From Paramoeba atlantica (lineage: Eukaryota > Protista > Discosea), in assembly GCA_977017575.1 (NCBI GenBank), contig CDRNVI010000002.1:1-64000 (forward strand): a DNA stretch of 64,000 nt, read 5' to 3'. Both the position numbers and the translations under genes were made by a program. Of the stretch, positions 49,547 to 60,088 are shown piece by piece (position 1 is the first letter of the stretch; every line of letters begins with the position of its first letter). The notes beneath the pieces were generated by a model. That model searched no databases. It worked only from the letters and a program-made list of their open reading frames with translations, and had not been told where the DNA came from.

Positions 49547-50482
49547 TTAAGTTCCGGATGTATTGATAGCAGACATGTCGTTTACGACCCTCTCCATTTC
49601 GGTTTTCACTTCTTCTTCTCTTTGCCGAAGCTTCCGAAGATGTATCGAAGCGAACTCTGCAAAATATTCAGCACGAGAGTCTAAAATCGCTTTGAACAAT
49701 TCTTCCATTCCTTGACCAGTAGCAGCAGAGAGGCTTACGCTGCCGATGGATTCATAAAACTCGCTGAGAAGTAACGACATATTTTGATAGAGTACTGAAG
49801 CATAGGAATCGGAGTGTGCATTCAACGCGTCCTCCAGACTTTTGGGATCCCGCATCCATTCGTTTAAAAGATTTGTATCACATGCATCTGCTTTGTTGTA
49901 AACCAGTAGCAGAGGAAGTTGTGATTTGTACATGATTGAAGTGGCATAAAGTACACTGCTCATAAAACACTGAGGATTGGACGTGCACCGTATACCATCT
50001 AAAACATAGAGCAGTATTGTAGGAAAGCTTGTAGCAAGAAGTTGAGTGATAAGTGTACCAGAAGCCGACCACGTAAATACTTCAATTTGTCCAGGCGTGT
50101 CAACAAAAACGTATTTGATTTTATCTTGATTCTCTTCCAAAAAATGCATTACTTCATCGAACTGCGTCGCAAATAAATTGAGCGAAGTAAGTATAGCGCC
50201 GTTCGGGCCTAGCCCATGTGTTTTCATAACATCCTTATACGAGATGCTGTCGCGGATGTCGATATTAACGCCATAAGGCACATCAATTACAGCGGGATCT
50301 AGGTTAATAAAATAAGTGGGCTCGCTTTCCGATATGCAATGTAGATTTAATCGATGAGTTAGAGTGGATTTCCCTGTTCCAGCCATTCCAATGACTAAAG
50401 CTATTGTAGGCATATTAGGTGAGGAAGACTCATTGTTCACCCCCTTTATCATTTCTTCGTTTCGATCCGGCGAACCAGTCAT
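49547..50482 (-). CDS. GPN1: GPN-loop GTPase 1 (XAB1/Npa3)
   Basis: GMAGTGKST, INLDPAV, LGPNGAILTSLNLF, DTPGQIEVFTWSASG. Confidence 0.95.
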   Translation of the reverse strand: MTGSPDRNEEMIKGVNNESSSPNMPTIALVIGMAGTGKSTLTHRLNLHCISESEPTYFINLDPAVIDVPYGVNIDIRDSISYKDVMKTHGLGPNGAILTSLNLFATQFDEVMHFLEENQDKIKYVFVDTPGQIEVFTWSASGTLITQLLATSFPTILLYVLDGIRCTSNPQCFMSSVLYATSIMYKSQLPLLLVYNKADACDTNLLNEWMRDPKSLEDALNAHSDSYASVLYQNMSLLLSEFYESIGSVSLSAATGQGMEELFKAILDSRAEYFAEFASIHLRKLRQREEEVKTEMERVVNDMSAINTSGT

Positions 50483-50623
50483 TTAGTTAATAGGATTATA
50501 AGAATAAGCTACTCATACAAGCTTAAAAGAATAGTGAGATCTAATCTCGCTTCTACGAATGAGAAACCAGAAGACCTAAAGCTGTCTCCGCATAAATTCA
50601 TGTTCTTATTCTTAAATTTATGA

Positions 50624-50716
50624 TACTGCACCCCACGTTTAAACGTACCCCATTTTTCGTGAAAAGTGTACTTAAATGGGGGGAGTTAAACGGACGGGCT
50701 TAAACGGAATACAGTA
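50624..50716. mobile_element. Short MITE of the TACTG end class (core GTTTAA)
   Basis: Left TACTGCACCCCACGTTTAAACGTAC; right (reverse complement) TACTGTATTCCGTTTAAGCCC; TTTTTCGTGAAAA spacer. Confidence 0.6.
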
Positions 50717-50890
50717 ATATCAAGACAACATCACAAGGTACCCTTGCTATCGATCCTGGGTCACGATGCCATACGGCCCCCCGTGGTATGGTCCGAGGTC
50801 ACAGATATGAAAAAATGTGACCCCCGTTTCAATTAAAAACCATTTTTTTAAGTTAGCAGCAACTACGATGCCAGCCCCGCGAGCCTCTGG

Positions 50891-50976
50891 TACTAAATCT
50901 CCCTTACTGGGGGTCAGCCCAAAAAGGGACAAATCTCTCTAAATGGGAGGGGTCTCTTACTGGGGGGTCTACGGTA
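50891..50976. repeat. Solo Tc1/pogo-like transposon end
   Basis: Reverse complement TACCGTAGACCCCCCAGTAAG..; internal repeat CTTACTGGGGGT twice. Confidence 0.45.
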
Positions 50977-51282
50977 ATCGAACAATGAACTCATCCAAGG
51001 ATGGTATAATTCAGATAGCTGTCCGCACAATTTAAAATTGTTGGAAGCCCCCTAGAAAAGCGCTTAAGATACTTCAAGCACATTTTTCTGGTAAAAGAGC
51101 TTCGAGGAAGGGCTGGAAGTCACGAGCTTAAAGCCACTGATCTCAAGACCTCTTCTCTCGATAGCATGGGTTTGACAATTCTACGTCAAAGTGTTCGTTA
51201 ATTGTGGAGTCTTTAGTGCTCAAATATTCGCAGTGAGTTCAGAGTTAAGACGGGTTACGACATGAAAACCAAGAAAAAATGA

Positions 51283-52467
51283 CTAATGATTTAGAGAATT
51301 TGTTTCTCCTCCTTTTCTATGACGCGTTTGACTCGGGTCGAACCCTTTTTCCTCAGCATTCACTAGTGACCATTTTGGGGTGACCGCCCAATATTCCTCT
51401 GGCCGTATACATTGTATTCCGGGATTGTTCGCCAAAATATGAAATTTATCATATTCAATCCAAGTGTGCCACTCACCGTTATGCAGAAACTTTTTATGTG
51501 CTAGCAGCACGCAGTTGCTGTGCTCGTGCCCACATACTACACTGTAGTAATCACACAACCATGCATGATTCGCTAATCTGTGAGCGAAGTGCAGAAGCTC
51601 TGAATATGAAGGAACATTATTCATGCGAAACGGCTTATGGGAACCGTCACCCTGAAAAGTCGGAGTCAATGCCTTCAGCTCAACGAAACATGGCCAGGCC
51701 TTTGATATACATTCCGCATAGCCCTCAAGTGGCTCGGTATCCTCTTTTTCTGAAAGCAAATTTACCCCTTTGATCATTGTCATGCGAAGAACTGTACGTC
51801 CTGCTTTGTCACGCATTACATCCAGTGAACGTTGAAAGCGTTGCCAATAGTCGGGAAATACTGGACGTCCGACTTCTTTCATAATTAGCGCGTTGTGCGC
51901 ATCTACACTTAAGTACAGCTGAGTTACTTGCCGCAACGAGGCCAGCTGGTCGGGAAACTGTCCATTGTTTACTAAAAAAGTAGAGACGTTTCTTCGATGA
52001 AGTTCACCAATAAGTTCATTTACTTTAGGATATAGAATAGGTTCACCGACCAAGGAAAGGGCGCAGTGACGTGGATTTAAGCCCTCGCAAAGGCGGTCTG
52101 GAGTAACTCCCGGAACCCCTCCTGAATTCTTAACTAAGGCTATATGAGCATCAATCATTTCTTTTACCAGACTTACAGGGTTATCCATATCCCACTTCCA
52201 CTCCTTTGCAGTTGGATTCGTATTGTGTCGCCAACAGAAAGTGCATTTATTTGCGCACGCCATCGAGGGTGTAGCTTCCATACATTGATGAGACTTTATA
52301 CCGTAAAAAGTGGACTTATAACATCCTCCTCGCCCTCGCAACATAGACTTTTGCCAACGACACAGTTTCACAGCCGAGTGACTACCCACATATCTATACA
52401 TGCCCCCCATGTTCTCTTTCCGTTGCTGTGTCAACATCGGGCGTGCGGCATTTCCAACGCAAGACAT
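51283..52467 (-). CDS. TYW1: Radical-SAM wyosine synthase TYW1/Taw1, short form lacking flavodoxin
   Basis: HSAVKLCRWQKSML..CYKSTFYGIKSHQCMEATPSMACANKCTFCWRH, HCALSLVGEP, TQLYLSVDA, HEHS; ATG at 52467. Confidence 0.93.
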   Translation of the reverse strand: MSCVGNAARPMLTQQRKENMGGMYRYVGSHSAVKLCRWQKSMLRGRGGCYKSTFYGIKSHQCMEATPSMACANKCTFCWRHNTNPTAKEWKWDMDNPVSLVKEMIDAHIALVKNSGGVPGVTPDRLCEGLNPRHCALSLVGEPILYPKVNELIGELHRRNVSTFLVNNGQFPDQLASLRQVTQLYLSVDAHNALIMKEVGRPVFPDYWQRFQRSLDVMRDKAGRTVLRMTMIKGVNLLSEKEDTEPLEGYAECISKAWPCFVELKALTPTFQGDGSHKPFRMNNVPSYSELLHFAHRLANHAWLCDYYSVVCGHEHSNCVLLAHKKFLHNGEWHTWIEYDKFHILANNPGIQCIRPEEYWAVTPKWSLVNAEEKGFDPSQTRHRKGGETNSLNH

Positions 52468-53736
52468 TGCTGATGGACTTAGTAGCAACAACTTCTGTAA
52501 TATTACGACAGAAGTACTGTAGCCAAAATGATAAAAAAGAGACCAAGTATACCTAAATTGCGCAAAAATCATTGTTTTGTACAAGTTGGAATTCCACGAA
52601 TTTTTTACATTCATTTGCTAAACATTCATTTAAAACAGGCATCTTGTACCTTTCCTTCTCTTTTCTTTGTCACTTCTTGCTAACCCCTGATTGACTAAAA
52701 TTTGTTTTTGCCTACAAAACCATGTTACTATTTGTCCTTCACCCAAATGGGTAAAAGAAAAATTTAGTTTTTTGCGCAATTTAGGTGCGCTTCCTCCTAA
52801 AAAAGTATAAAATAGTTTAGGTAACATAGCAAAAAAAAATGGGGCTGAGAGTTGCCCAAATGGAAATAAATTCACGTATCTCCCACGCAAATGACTCCTC
52901 TAGTTATGATGACTGTGTCGCATGACTAGAGTTAAGGTGCGGGTTTAAGGCGCTTTGCCATAATTAAGGCCTTTGAAAACTTTACAATTTTTGGCCAATG
53001 TTATCTCTCTCTATGAACGATGTTAAGCGATCACTCTGTAGTGCAGTTTGGTGTTTTTGTGATCCTTCTGGTCATAAAGGCTTTATGACGGTGCACTTTC
53101 CGATTTCGTTGAACGTTGTGTCATTTAAAACAGTGAGTGACAAGGTGTTTAAAGGGAGTGATAAGGTGTAAACTAAAAGGCTGAGCAATACCTGTGCAGA
53201 AGTACGCATTGTCACAGTAAAGACAACTCTTTCCATTCATATACAGTACAGGAAAAAGTACGTTTTTATAGACGCCTTTGAAAAGTAGTATCTCATGTTA
53301 TACACCTGTGTGTGGTACATGAACCTGTGTATATACTAAATTCTAGTTAGACTATGTCACCCAGCCTTGCATCACTATATACAATTTTCGCCTTCGTGTA
53401 CTTTAAAGTGAAGTGAAAATTCTATTTTTTCTCTTAAAAAAAGACTATGGATGAAAAAGAGAGCCCAGACGGTTCGCACCGCGCATGCTACACTGATTTT
53501 CTGTACTGATATCTTTTCTGTAGGCACGGCTACTACAGACTGTACTGTTCTACTGTAACAGTAGAATCTGGGCTCTCTAGAGTAATATGAAAAGACTTGC
53601 AGAGTAGGCACAGTAAAGGATAAATAGGAGGCACAGTAAAGAACAAAGTAAAGCATAAAACAATTTCATCAATGTCCAACTAATTCTACATCTTTATATT
53701 TCTTAATTCCATTCGCATCAATTGCTGAACGAGTGA

Positions 53737-54480
53737 CTATGTCGTAACCTTTAAGGTAGTCGAAACACTATTTAACCCGTGAATTTCTTCCCAATTGTTT
53801 CCTTGGAGCATCAATAAACGAAGTCCTGGGGGTAAATCCCGAAGATCAATGCGACCCTCAAGCTTGTTGTAACTGAGTGTTAATTCTTGAAGAGTTCTAG
53901 GTAAACAACCTAGTTCAACGGTTCCCTTAAATTGGTTATTTTGTAGACCCAGAAGTTGTAAGCTCGAGGGTAAGTAACGTAAATTTAACTTCCCCGAGAG
54001 AGTATTCGTACAGAAGACTAGATGGGTTAAAGTGTGTGGGAGCGAAGTCAAATCTAGCCTGCCTTCCAGTCGATTTTGGTTTAGGATTACCACTTTTATA
54101 AACTGCGGCAGATGTGCTAAGTCGACATTCCCAGTGTGACGGTTACCACTCAAATCCATATGTTGTAATAATGCAGGCGACGCTTGAAAATTAATGAATC
54201 CAGATAAGGCATTTGTTTGTCCCTCGAGGTGTACCAATGCTGCTGGAGCGTAGGAAAGAGTGAGCGAACCGCGTAAACCATAGAAGCTCCAATACACTCC
54301 AGCCACCACGCGATCTTCGTTACATTTAACGTCTCTCCACTCACAAGCCGGTACACTAGAATTCCAGGAGGTGTGAGGATTATGTATTTTCTCAGTAAAT
54401 CGCGATAGTTCATACTCTTGCGGAAGTATCATACGCTGTACTTTCGCCGGTCGTATAACGTTCGAGGTCTCCGTGTTCAT
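53737..54480 (-). CDS. Small leucine-rich-repeat protein
   Basis: RPAKV..LPQEYELSRF..NPHTSW..ACEWRDVKC cap, then about 7 LRRs. Confidence 0.9.
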   Translation of the reverse strand: MNTETSNVIRPAKVQRMILPQEYELSRFTEKIHNPHTSWNSSVPACEWRDVKCNEDRVVAGVYWSFYGLRGSLTLSYAPAALVHLEGQTNALSGFINFQASPALLQHMDLSGNRHTGNVDLAHLPQFIKVVILNQNRLEGRLDLTSLPHTLTHLVFCTNTLSGKLNLRYLPSSLQLLGLQNNQFKGTVELGCLPRTLQELTLSYNKLEGRIDLRDLPPGLRLLMLQGNNWEEIHGLNSVSTTLKVTT

Positions 54481-54651
54481 TCGTAAATTATTAATTAAAT
54501 GTAGATCACCTTAGAAGAAACTTATGGCGTTCGACGCGGAATTCAAATTGAAGTGTCTGAACGCCAAAAACTCAATAGTTGTAAACTACTTGTACTAAAC
54601 AAATGGGCTGCTAAAATAGCCTAGTTGTACGTTTCGTAACTCAAAAAAGAT

Positions 54652-55695
54652 TTACTGAGCAGAAATTTTTTCTTTTATTGGTGCATTTAGAACGACCGTC
54701 TTTAGGCGCCTACAGTGTTTGGCAAAATCGCGCAATGCGGTACGCACAATCTCTCTCGCCGACATATGACCCACACTTTCGACGGTAAACAAGATCTCGT
54801 CCTTTTTACGTGCTAAACGTACGAGTGGTTTTTCCTCCTCCCCCCGTACACACTCACGGCAGCTCGTGCACGCCGAGGCCCTGCCCACCCGTACACTCCC
54901 CGTCTCCTCTACCTCAAACACCCCCATGGGACAACGCTCCACGAACTCTTTCGCAGCGTTTCCCTCCAGCCCCTCTCCACGGGTTGTGAGTTCCACAACT
55001 GGTGCCAGTCGGTACGACGCACACGACACCGGACAAAATTTCGCATGAACCATTCCAATGCCTTTAATCGCGAACGCTGTGAGTTTCACTCGTTGTCCAA
55101 TCGCCAGCTTAGTGAGCAGAATTTTTTGATTCACCACAGCGGCGGGATAAGCCTCTGCGTCCTGTCCCGGCAACGGTATCCATCGCAGATCACCACTGTA
55201 CACAGGCGTGAGTCCCGGCCTCGTGGCCTCAACATGGAGCTCAAATTTCAGCATATATTTTGCAGAGGGTTGAGCCAAGTCGTATTCCTCCAGTGAAGAG
55301 AGAAATGAAAATCGACCGGGGGCGCAATAAATCGGGACGAGACCGATACGGTGACTCAGGGCCTCATCAAACACCACCCCGGTGTTCTCCTCCACAATCA
55401 CACGGTCAAAGGCCATGGTGGGAACCTCCGAGAGCATGAGACGACGGAGTAAGTTCGCAAAGGGGATGGAGCCGCCGTGCAGCGTGAACTCCAGGGTGTC
55501 TTGTTCACACCCACTGTCGCTCAGACGAGGGTGGGTGAGGTCCCGGTGAAGGTGGGTGATCTCGATGCGGGGCTGTGCGAGGGCGGGGGTGGGGCCTTGG
55601 AACCCAGGGCCGGTGACGGTGAAGGGGGAGGACATGACGTCCACCCCCGAGGCGTCCTGGGCGCCCAGATATACGTGGTTTAAGTTGGAACTCAT
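54652..55695 (-). CDS. RPC40: RNA polymerase I/III subunit AC40
   Basis: FANLLRRLMLSEVPTMAF, DEALSHRIGLVPI, LAIGQ..AIKGIGMVHAKFCPV, CPMGVF, CTSCREC, FTVESVG; ATG at 55695. Confidence 0.93.
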   Translation of the reverse strand: MSSNLNHVYLGAQDASGVDVMSSPFTVTGPGFQGPTPALAQPRIEITHLHRDLTHPRLSDSGCEQDTLEFTLHGGSIPFANLLRRLMLSEVPTMAFDRVIVEENTGVVFDEALSHRIGLVPIYCAPGRFSFLSSLEEYDLAQPSAKYMLKFELHVEATRPGLTPVYSGDLRWIPLPGQDAEAYPAAVVNQKILLTKLAIGQRVKLTAFAIKGIGMVHAKFCPVSCASYRLAPVVELTTRGEGLEGNAAKEFVERCPMGVFEVEETGSVRVGRASACTSCRECVRGEEEKPLVRLARKKDEILFTVESVGHMSAREIVRTALRDFAKHCRRLKTVVLNAPIKEKISAQ

Positions 55696-55956
55696 AGAGG
55701 AGGGAGAGGTGGGGGGTGAGGGAAGAAAGGAAGGAATGGGGCTGCTAAGAAACATGTGTGCTAAACATGTGTTAAATAACACAGGTAAAAGATCTTAACA
55801 ATGAGCACTGTACAACCGAACACAGTCCGAAAGCCGTCATTTTTTTCAGTAACAAAGGACCCATACTATCTGATCCACAGCGAATATTTGTACTAAATGT
55901 CAACGAACTACCAAATCTTTCCTCAGTGAAAGAGGCAAAAATGAGGCAAAAATTTC

Positions 55957-56901
55957 TCAGACCTTTGTCGACTCCTGCAAGGTCTCACACGGTTTTGTAG
56001 TAGCCTTGGCTGCTTCCACCTTTTTTCGCCTCTTTTGATTTGCAACAAGATCCCCCACGCTGAGAATGCATCGAGTAAGGGAACTTACATATGCCGTCAG
56101 CGCCGTGTCATTAGCCTCACGCCCCATTGCCTCGCTACGAGCGGCACGATATAAATCCGGAAGTGCATTAAAAATGTTTTGTATGTTATACAAGATGCCT
56201 GGATGATTACGGAGCCGGCCTGCGGCTACGTCCTCTAGATACAATTTCATTTCCTGCACTTTGCGAGCCAGTACAGTAAGAGAGTTTTGCTTTTCATTAA
56301 TACGTCCCTCCATAGAGGTGATGGTGGTATCTGTGAGGTCGCGTATAAGTTGATCGACCCCAATTTCTTCAGCTTCCTTAGAGGCAAGCACGGTGTGCAC
56401 GGGGGTAAAACTCTTTTTCGGGACACTGTCTTCACTTTCTTTTCTTTCGTGTATGCGGTAGCACGTCGCTGGCATCCCCTCTCGTGTCGGGTTTACGTTA
56501 ATGAGCGCGTAGACGGGATCCTCACAGTAGGACTGAATACTCTCATGGATGGCAACATCGCTGGGACAGATCTCCGCGCCGGAGGAATACCAGCCTACGA
56601 TACGAGTGCGAGCCCAAACTTTACGAAACATTGCAAACATATCCTCCAGGAAGTTCCCATCAAGATACCACAAAGATGGATTACTCGGGTCTTCCTCAAA
56701 AGGTACAGCAAAGCTGTTTTCTATGTCGATTATCCCAGAGACACGAGAGCCGAGCAGAATGCCAACGACGCGACGGCCGCTAGTGATTTTGTGATTGATA
56801 CGAGTGTAGTGGTCCACCGCGCTTAGCAGTACGAGGGGGTGAATCCGTACCTCATGAGGGGCTGCAGAGACGGAAACCTTCTCTGAAGTTTTGAGATCCA
56901 T
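55957..56901 (-). CDS. RPN8: 26S proteasome regulatory subunit RPN8 (PSMD7)
   Basis: VRIHPLVLLSAVDHY, RVVGILLG, NSFAVPFEED, VGWYSSG, EAEEIGVDQLIRD; ATG at 56901. Confidence 0.95.
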   Translation of the reverse strand: MDLKTSEKVSVSAAPHEVRIHPLVLLSAVDHYTRINHKITSGRRVVGILLGSRVSGIIDIENSFAVPFEEDPSNPSLWYLDGNFLEDMFAMFRKVWARTRIVGWYSSGAEICPSDVAIHESIQSYCEDPVYALINVNPTREGMPATCYRIHERKESEDSVPKKSFTPVHTVLASKEAEEIGVDQLIRDLTDTTITSMEGRINEKQNSLTVLARKVQEMKLYLEDVAAGRLRNHPGILYNIQNIFNALPDLYRAARSEAMGREANDTALTAYVSSLTRCILSVGDLVANQKRRKKVEAAKATTKPCETLQESTKV

Positions 56902-57335
56902 AGTACGAACAAGAGTATTTAAAGAAAGACAAAAAAGATGCTCTGTATAGCATACAGGAATCTGCGCTTCAGACAAAAATGAAGCAGAGAGTATGTGAAA
57001 TATATGAAGTATGGGTAGAGGTGTTTAAGGACAACGAAAGATTTCGGATCACGCGTTCACGGGTGACGAATTATAAAGAACCTTGGCTCTAGTAAAAACC
57101 AAATTTCAAGTTCGTTTCGTATGTTTACCCCTGATACATATTTCTATGGAGCGTTTAAGAGAATGAAATACTGATGTATACACATTGATGAATTCAGGAC
57201 TTTAATGTTTGAACTTGTAACTACGTTGGGAACTTCTTACAATTTTATTATTTTATAAATAAAATTTTCAATATTTAATGAAAACTATGCATCGATGAAA
57301 ACAGAATAAAAAATATCTCCATCACAGGATCACGT

Positions 57336-57953
57336 CTAGTACTCCACATCGGAACCCGCAAAGAATCCCCATTTTTCCTCCCACTCATCTGCCACCATAA
57401 GAATATACGGCCCAAAGAACGGCACGTTATCCACGGGGTGTACCCATTTCTTTTGGTCATCATAAATGTACCGATCCCTAGCCCACCGCATACGTGTCAC
57501 CCGGCGGTCGCCGTGCACAATCTGCTCCTGCGGGGCTCGTGTGCGCGCGGCTCGGCTCCACCAGCCCTTCATATTCACCATGTCATCCGCGAACACACCC
57601 CATTTGTGCCACTGGAAAGTGTCATAAATCGCATGGGTTTTCTTACGGTACCATTTCGTGTACGTGTTGAGCTCTCGAGGATCTGCAAGAACTGTTGTCA
57701 AACGCTCCCACGGATACTCCATCTTGTACGGATGTGCGTTATCGGTGACAGGAAGCGCTAACAGGTTTCTGATATCGACCTTATTCGCTTTGAGTGCGGA
57801 TTGGATACGCATCGCTCGCTCAACTTTACGTGCCTGCTGCAACGCGAAGTACTCACGGTACATGTTGGGGTAAAACATGTGCGCCAGGAAGTACCGACAC
57901 CCGGCATAGGCCCCCATCCAGGGCATGTAGGGGGTGGAGGATCGGCGGAGCAT
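57336..57953 (-). CDS. QCR7: Ubiquinol-cytochrome c reductase 14-kDa-like subunit, kinetoplastid form
   Basis: LLALPVTDNAHPYKMEYPWE..ADDM..RAARTRAP..GDRRV..WVHPVDNVPFFGPY..VADEWEEKWGFFAG matches the recalled trypanosomatid subunit and the UCR_14kD pattern. Confidence 0.7.
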   Translation of the reverse strand: MLRRSSTPYMPWMGAYAGCRYFLAHMFYPNMYREYFALQQARKVERAMRIQSALKANKVDIRNLLALPVTDNAHPYKMEYPWERLTTVLADPRELNTYTKWYRKKTHAIYDTFQWHKWGVFADDMVNMKGWWSRAARTRAPQEQIVHGDRRVTRMRWARDRYIYDDQKKWVHPVDNVPFFGPYILMVADEWEEKWGFFAGSDVEY

Positions 57954-58443
57954 GAGGGTTGTACCTTCACAAGGTGTGTATGATGAGGGATAGTGTAGTG
58001 TGTTCCTGAGAGGGAATAATAAATAAAAAAAGGGACTAGGGTTTTCGATACAGCATTTATCATACAGGTCGAGTTTGCTTCGCCATGAAAGGTACTATCA
58101 TGTAAAGTGACAAAATAATGTAGAAAGAGGTTAGAAAGCATAGAGAGGGTCATTTTGTTTGTTTTGCACAGAATTTATTCAATTTGCGAGTCTATCTCCT
58201 GTTATTGTCTCCACTACTTGAGCGGATAAAACATATAGTTAACAGTATAAAGAACGATAAAAAGGTTTATCCAAAAAAGGATTCAACACTGTTTTAACAA
58301 CTATTGAACAAAATTCATTCATTTGGAATATAAAAAAGTATTGCTTTCCACTGTACCCGTTCACGATAGTAGAGTTATCTGCTACCTGCTTGCCACAGCG
58401 AAATTTAATTATACACAGTACTTATCCAAAATGCTTTTAGCAA

Positions 58444-58806
58444 TCAATGCTCAAGATCGATCCCGGTCTCACGATATTTCGGCTCGCCGTTAGCGTATCC
58501 CTCACCGATTGCGAACTCAAAGTGCCAGGGAGGTGCTGCGTGTATCTGATCCTGTCCGTAGTCAAATTCTACGGGCCCTCCCCCAGCGATACTGTCGATC
58601 CACACAAGCACTCTCATCTTGTTGTAGGTGTACATTCCCACCATGAACACAGCCATTCCGGCAAGTGTGTATAGCGTTTCACCGGCGACATCGTAGTTCG
58701 GTGCGGAGTAGTACCCGACCCCTTTTAACCCAAAGTTCGGCCGAGCCTTTGCTGCTTTATTGAAGGAAAGATACCAAAGACGAGCACCGGTTCTTGAAAG
58801 CATCAA
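58444..58806 (-). CDS. Kinetoplastid-specific cytochrome c oxidase subunit (COX IX-like)
   Basis: KARPNFGLKGVGY..single TM..DSIAGGGP..FAIGEGYANG..IDLEH matches the recalled trypanosomatid nuclear COX subunit. Confidence 0.7.
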   Translation of the reverse strand: MMLSRTGARLWYLSFNKAAKARPNFGLKGVGYYSAPNYDVAGETLYTLAGMAVFMVGMYTYNKMRVLVWIDSIAGGGPVEFDYGQDQIHAAPPWHFEFAIGEGYANGEPKYRETGIDLEH

Positions 58807-58963
58807 GGAACGAATTCAGACGAACCAAAGGTGATCGAATTGCTTAACTAATAAGAACAAAAAGGTTCTAATAAGTGTTACATCAATAAGTGATGAACAA
58901 AGGAAACACACTAGAAAAAAACGGACCATTTTACACACCCAATTCAGAAACAACCACCATCCA

Positions 58964-59869
58964 TCAATCCTCCCTAAACGGATGATACTTTGGTCTTTGC
59001 GCAAAATGTATCCTCCCCTCCGTCTCCCTCCCCCCCTCTCCCTCAGCCTCCACCTCCACCTCCACAATCCCCCTCCGCTCCCTCTCCCTCCTCGCCTCCC
59101 CGGGATCCCTCATCCGCTCCCCCAACCCCCCCGGGTCCTCATACAGGTCCAGCAACAGCAGCTGCCGTCGCAGCGCCCGGAGGTTCACAAAGCAGTACAG
59201 CTCGAACTGCTCCCCCTCCGGGCCCGTGTACGGGTACCGCTCCCGTAGCCTCCCCAGGGCCTCCTCCCACCGCGCGAGCTGGCGGTTCGTCAGCGCGCGA
59301 AGCTCCGAGATGTCGACATACCCATTCGGGAGGTCGCAGCCCCGCGGGGGGTACTGCACCACAGGCGCCTGCAGCTGCGGGACGTCCATCCCGAACCCCG
59401 GCTCGCACCCTTGGAGCGGCGGGGTGAGTCGCGGCCCGGGGGTGTTTAACGGGGGGGAGGCGCTCTCCAGGGCCGTGGCCTCGACCACAAACGCCTCAGG
59501 CATGGCTTCTAACGCCTCGTTTTGCCGGGAAATCAGTTGGGCGAGCCGGGCGTCGTGCGCGAGGTCCTCGGAGGCCAGGAGACGTTCCAGCGCCATGGTC
59601 ATCTCACGTTCGTATTGGATGTGGGTTGCTTTTTTTCGATGCCCGTCACTGGGCATGAAGGCGTACTCCGCGGCGTACTCCAGAAGGTGCTGGCCGTATT
59701 TCTCATCCGCCCCGGCTTTGGGTTTGGCGAATGCGCTTTGCATCACGGAGGCGGAGACCTGGACGTGACCGCCGGATTTTTTACTGGCTTTGGTTTTTTT
59801 GGCTAGCGCATGGCCTCCGTGAGCGGGCTGAACAATGATTTGACGTATGGTAGGGGCAAGGCGAAACAT
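58964..59869 (-). CDS. Mitoribosomal large-subunit protein mL40-like
   Basis: Presequence MFRLAPTIR, basic AKKTKASKK, QNEALEAMP..EA..PLNTPGPRLTPPLQGCEPG. Confidence 0.6.
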   Translation of the reverse strand: MFRLAPTIRQIIVQPAHGGHALAKKTKASKKSGGHVQVSASVMQSAFAKPKAGADEKYGQHLLEYAAEYAFMPSDGHRKKATHIQYEREMTMALERLLASEDLAHDARLAQLISRQNEALEAMPEAFVVEATALESASPPLNTPGPRLTPPLQGCEPGFGMDVPQLQAPVVQYPPRGCDLPNGYVDISELRALTNRQLARWEEALGRLRERYPYTGPEGEQFELYCFVNLRALRRQLLLLDLYEDPGGLGERMRDPGEARRERERRGIVEVEVEAEGEGGRETEGRIHFAQRPKYHPFRED

Positions 59870-60088
59870 GTATAGGGGTGACTGGGAAATATTGAAAATT
59901 TGGGGCTAAAAACAGAGAGTGAGTTTAGGATCATCCATAATACGCTTTCAATGAATGTTTCAAGCTTTTTCAAATAATGAACAAGGTCGAATAACATAAA
60001 AGCAGCACAATAGAACGAAGGCTAAATTAAAAACAAAGAGGTTCGTATTCAATGTTCAAAGGGGTTCAACGTATTCAATGTGGTAATG

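Noticed and set aside
53595-53650. Direct repeat AGGCACAGTAAAG x2 with nearby TTCTGTAC
   Set aside because: Short local duplication; the TTCTGTAC at ~53499 does not extend into SL sequence
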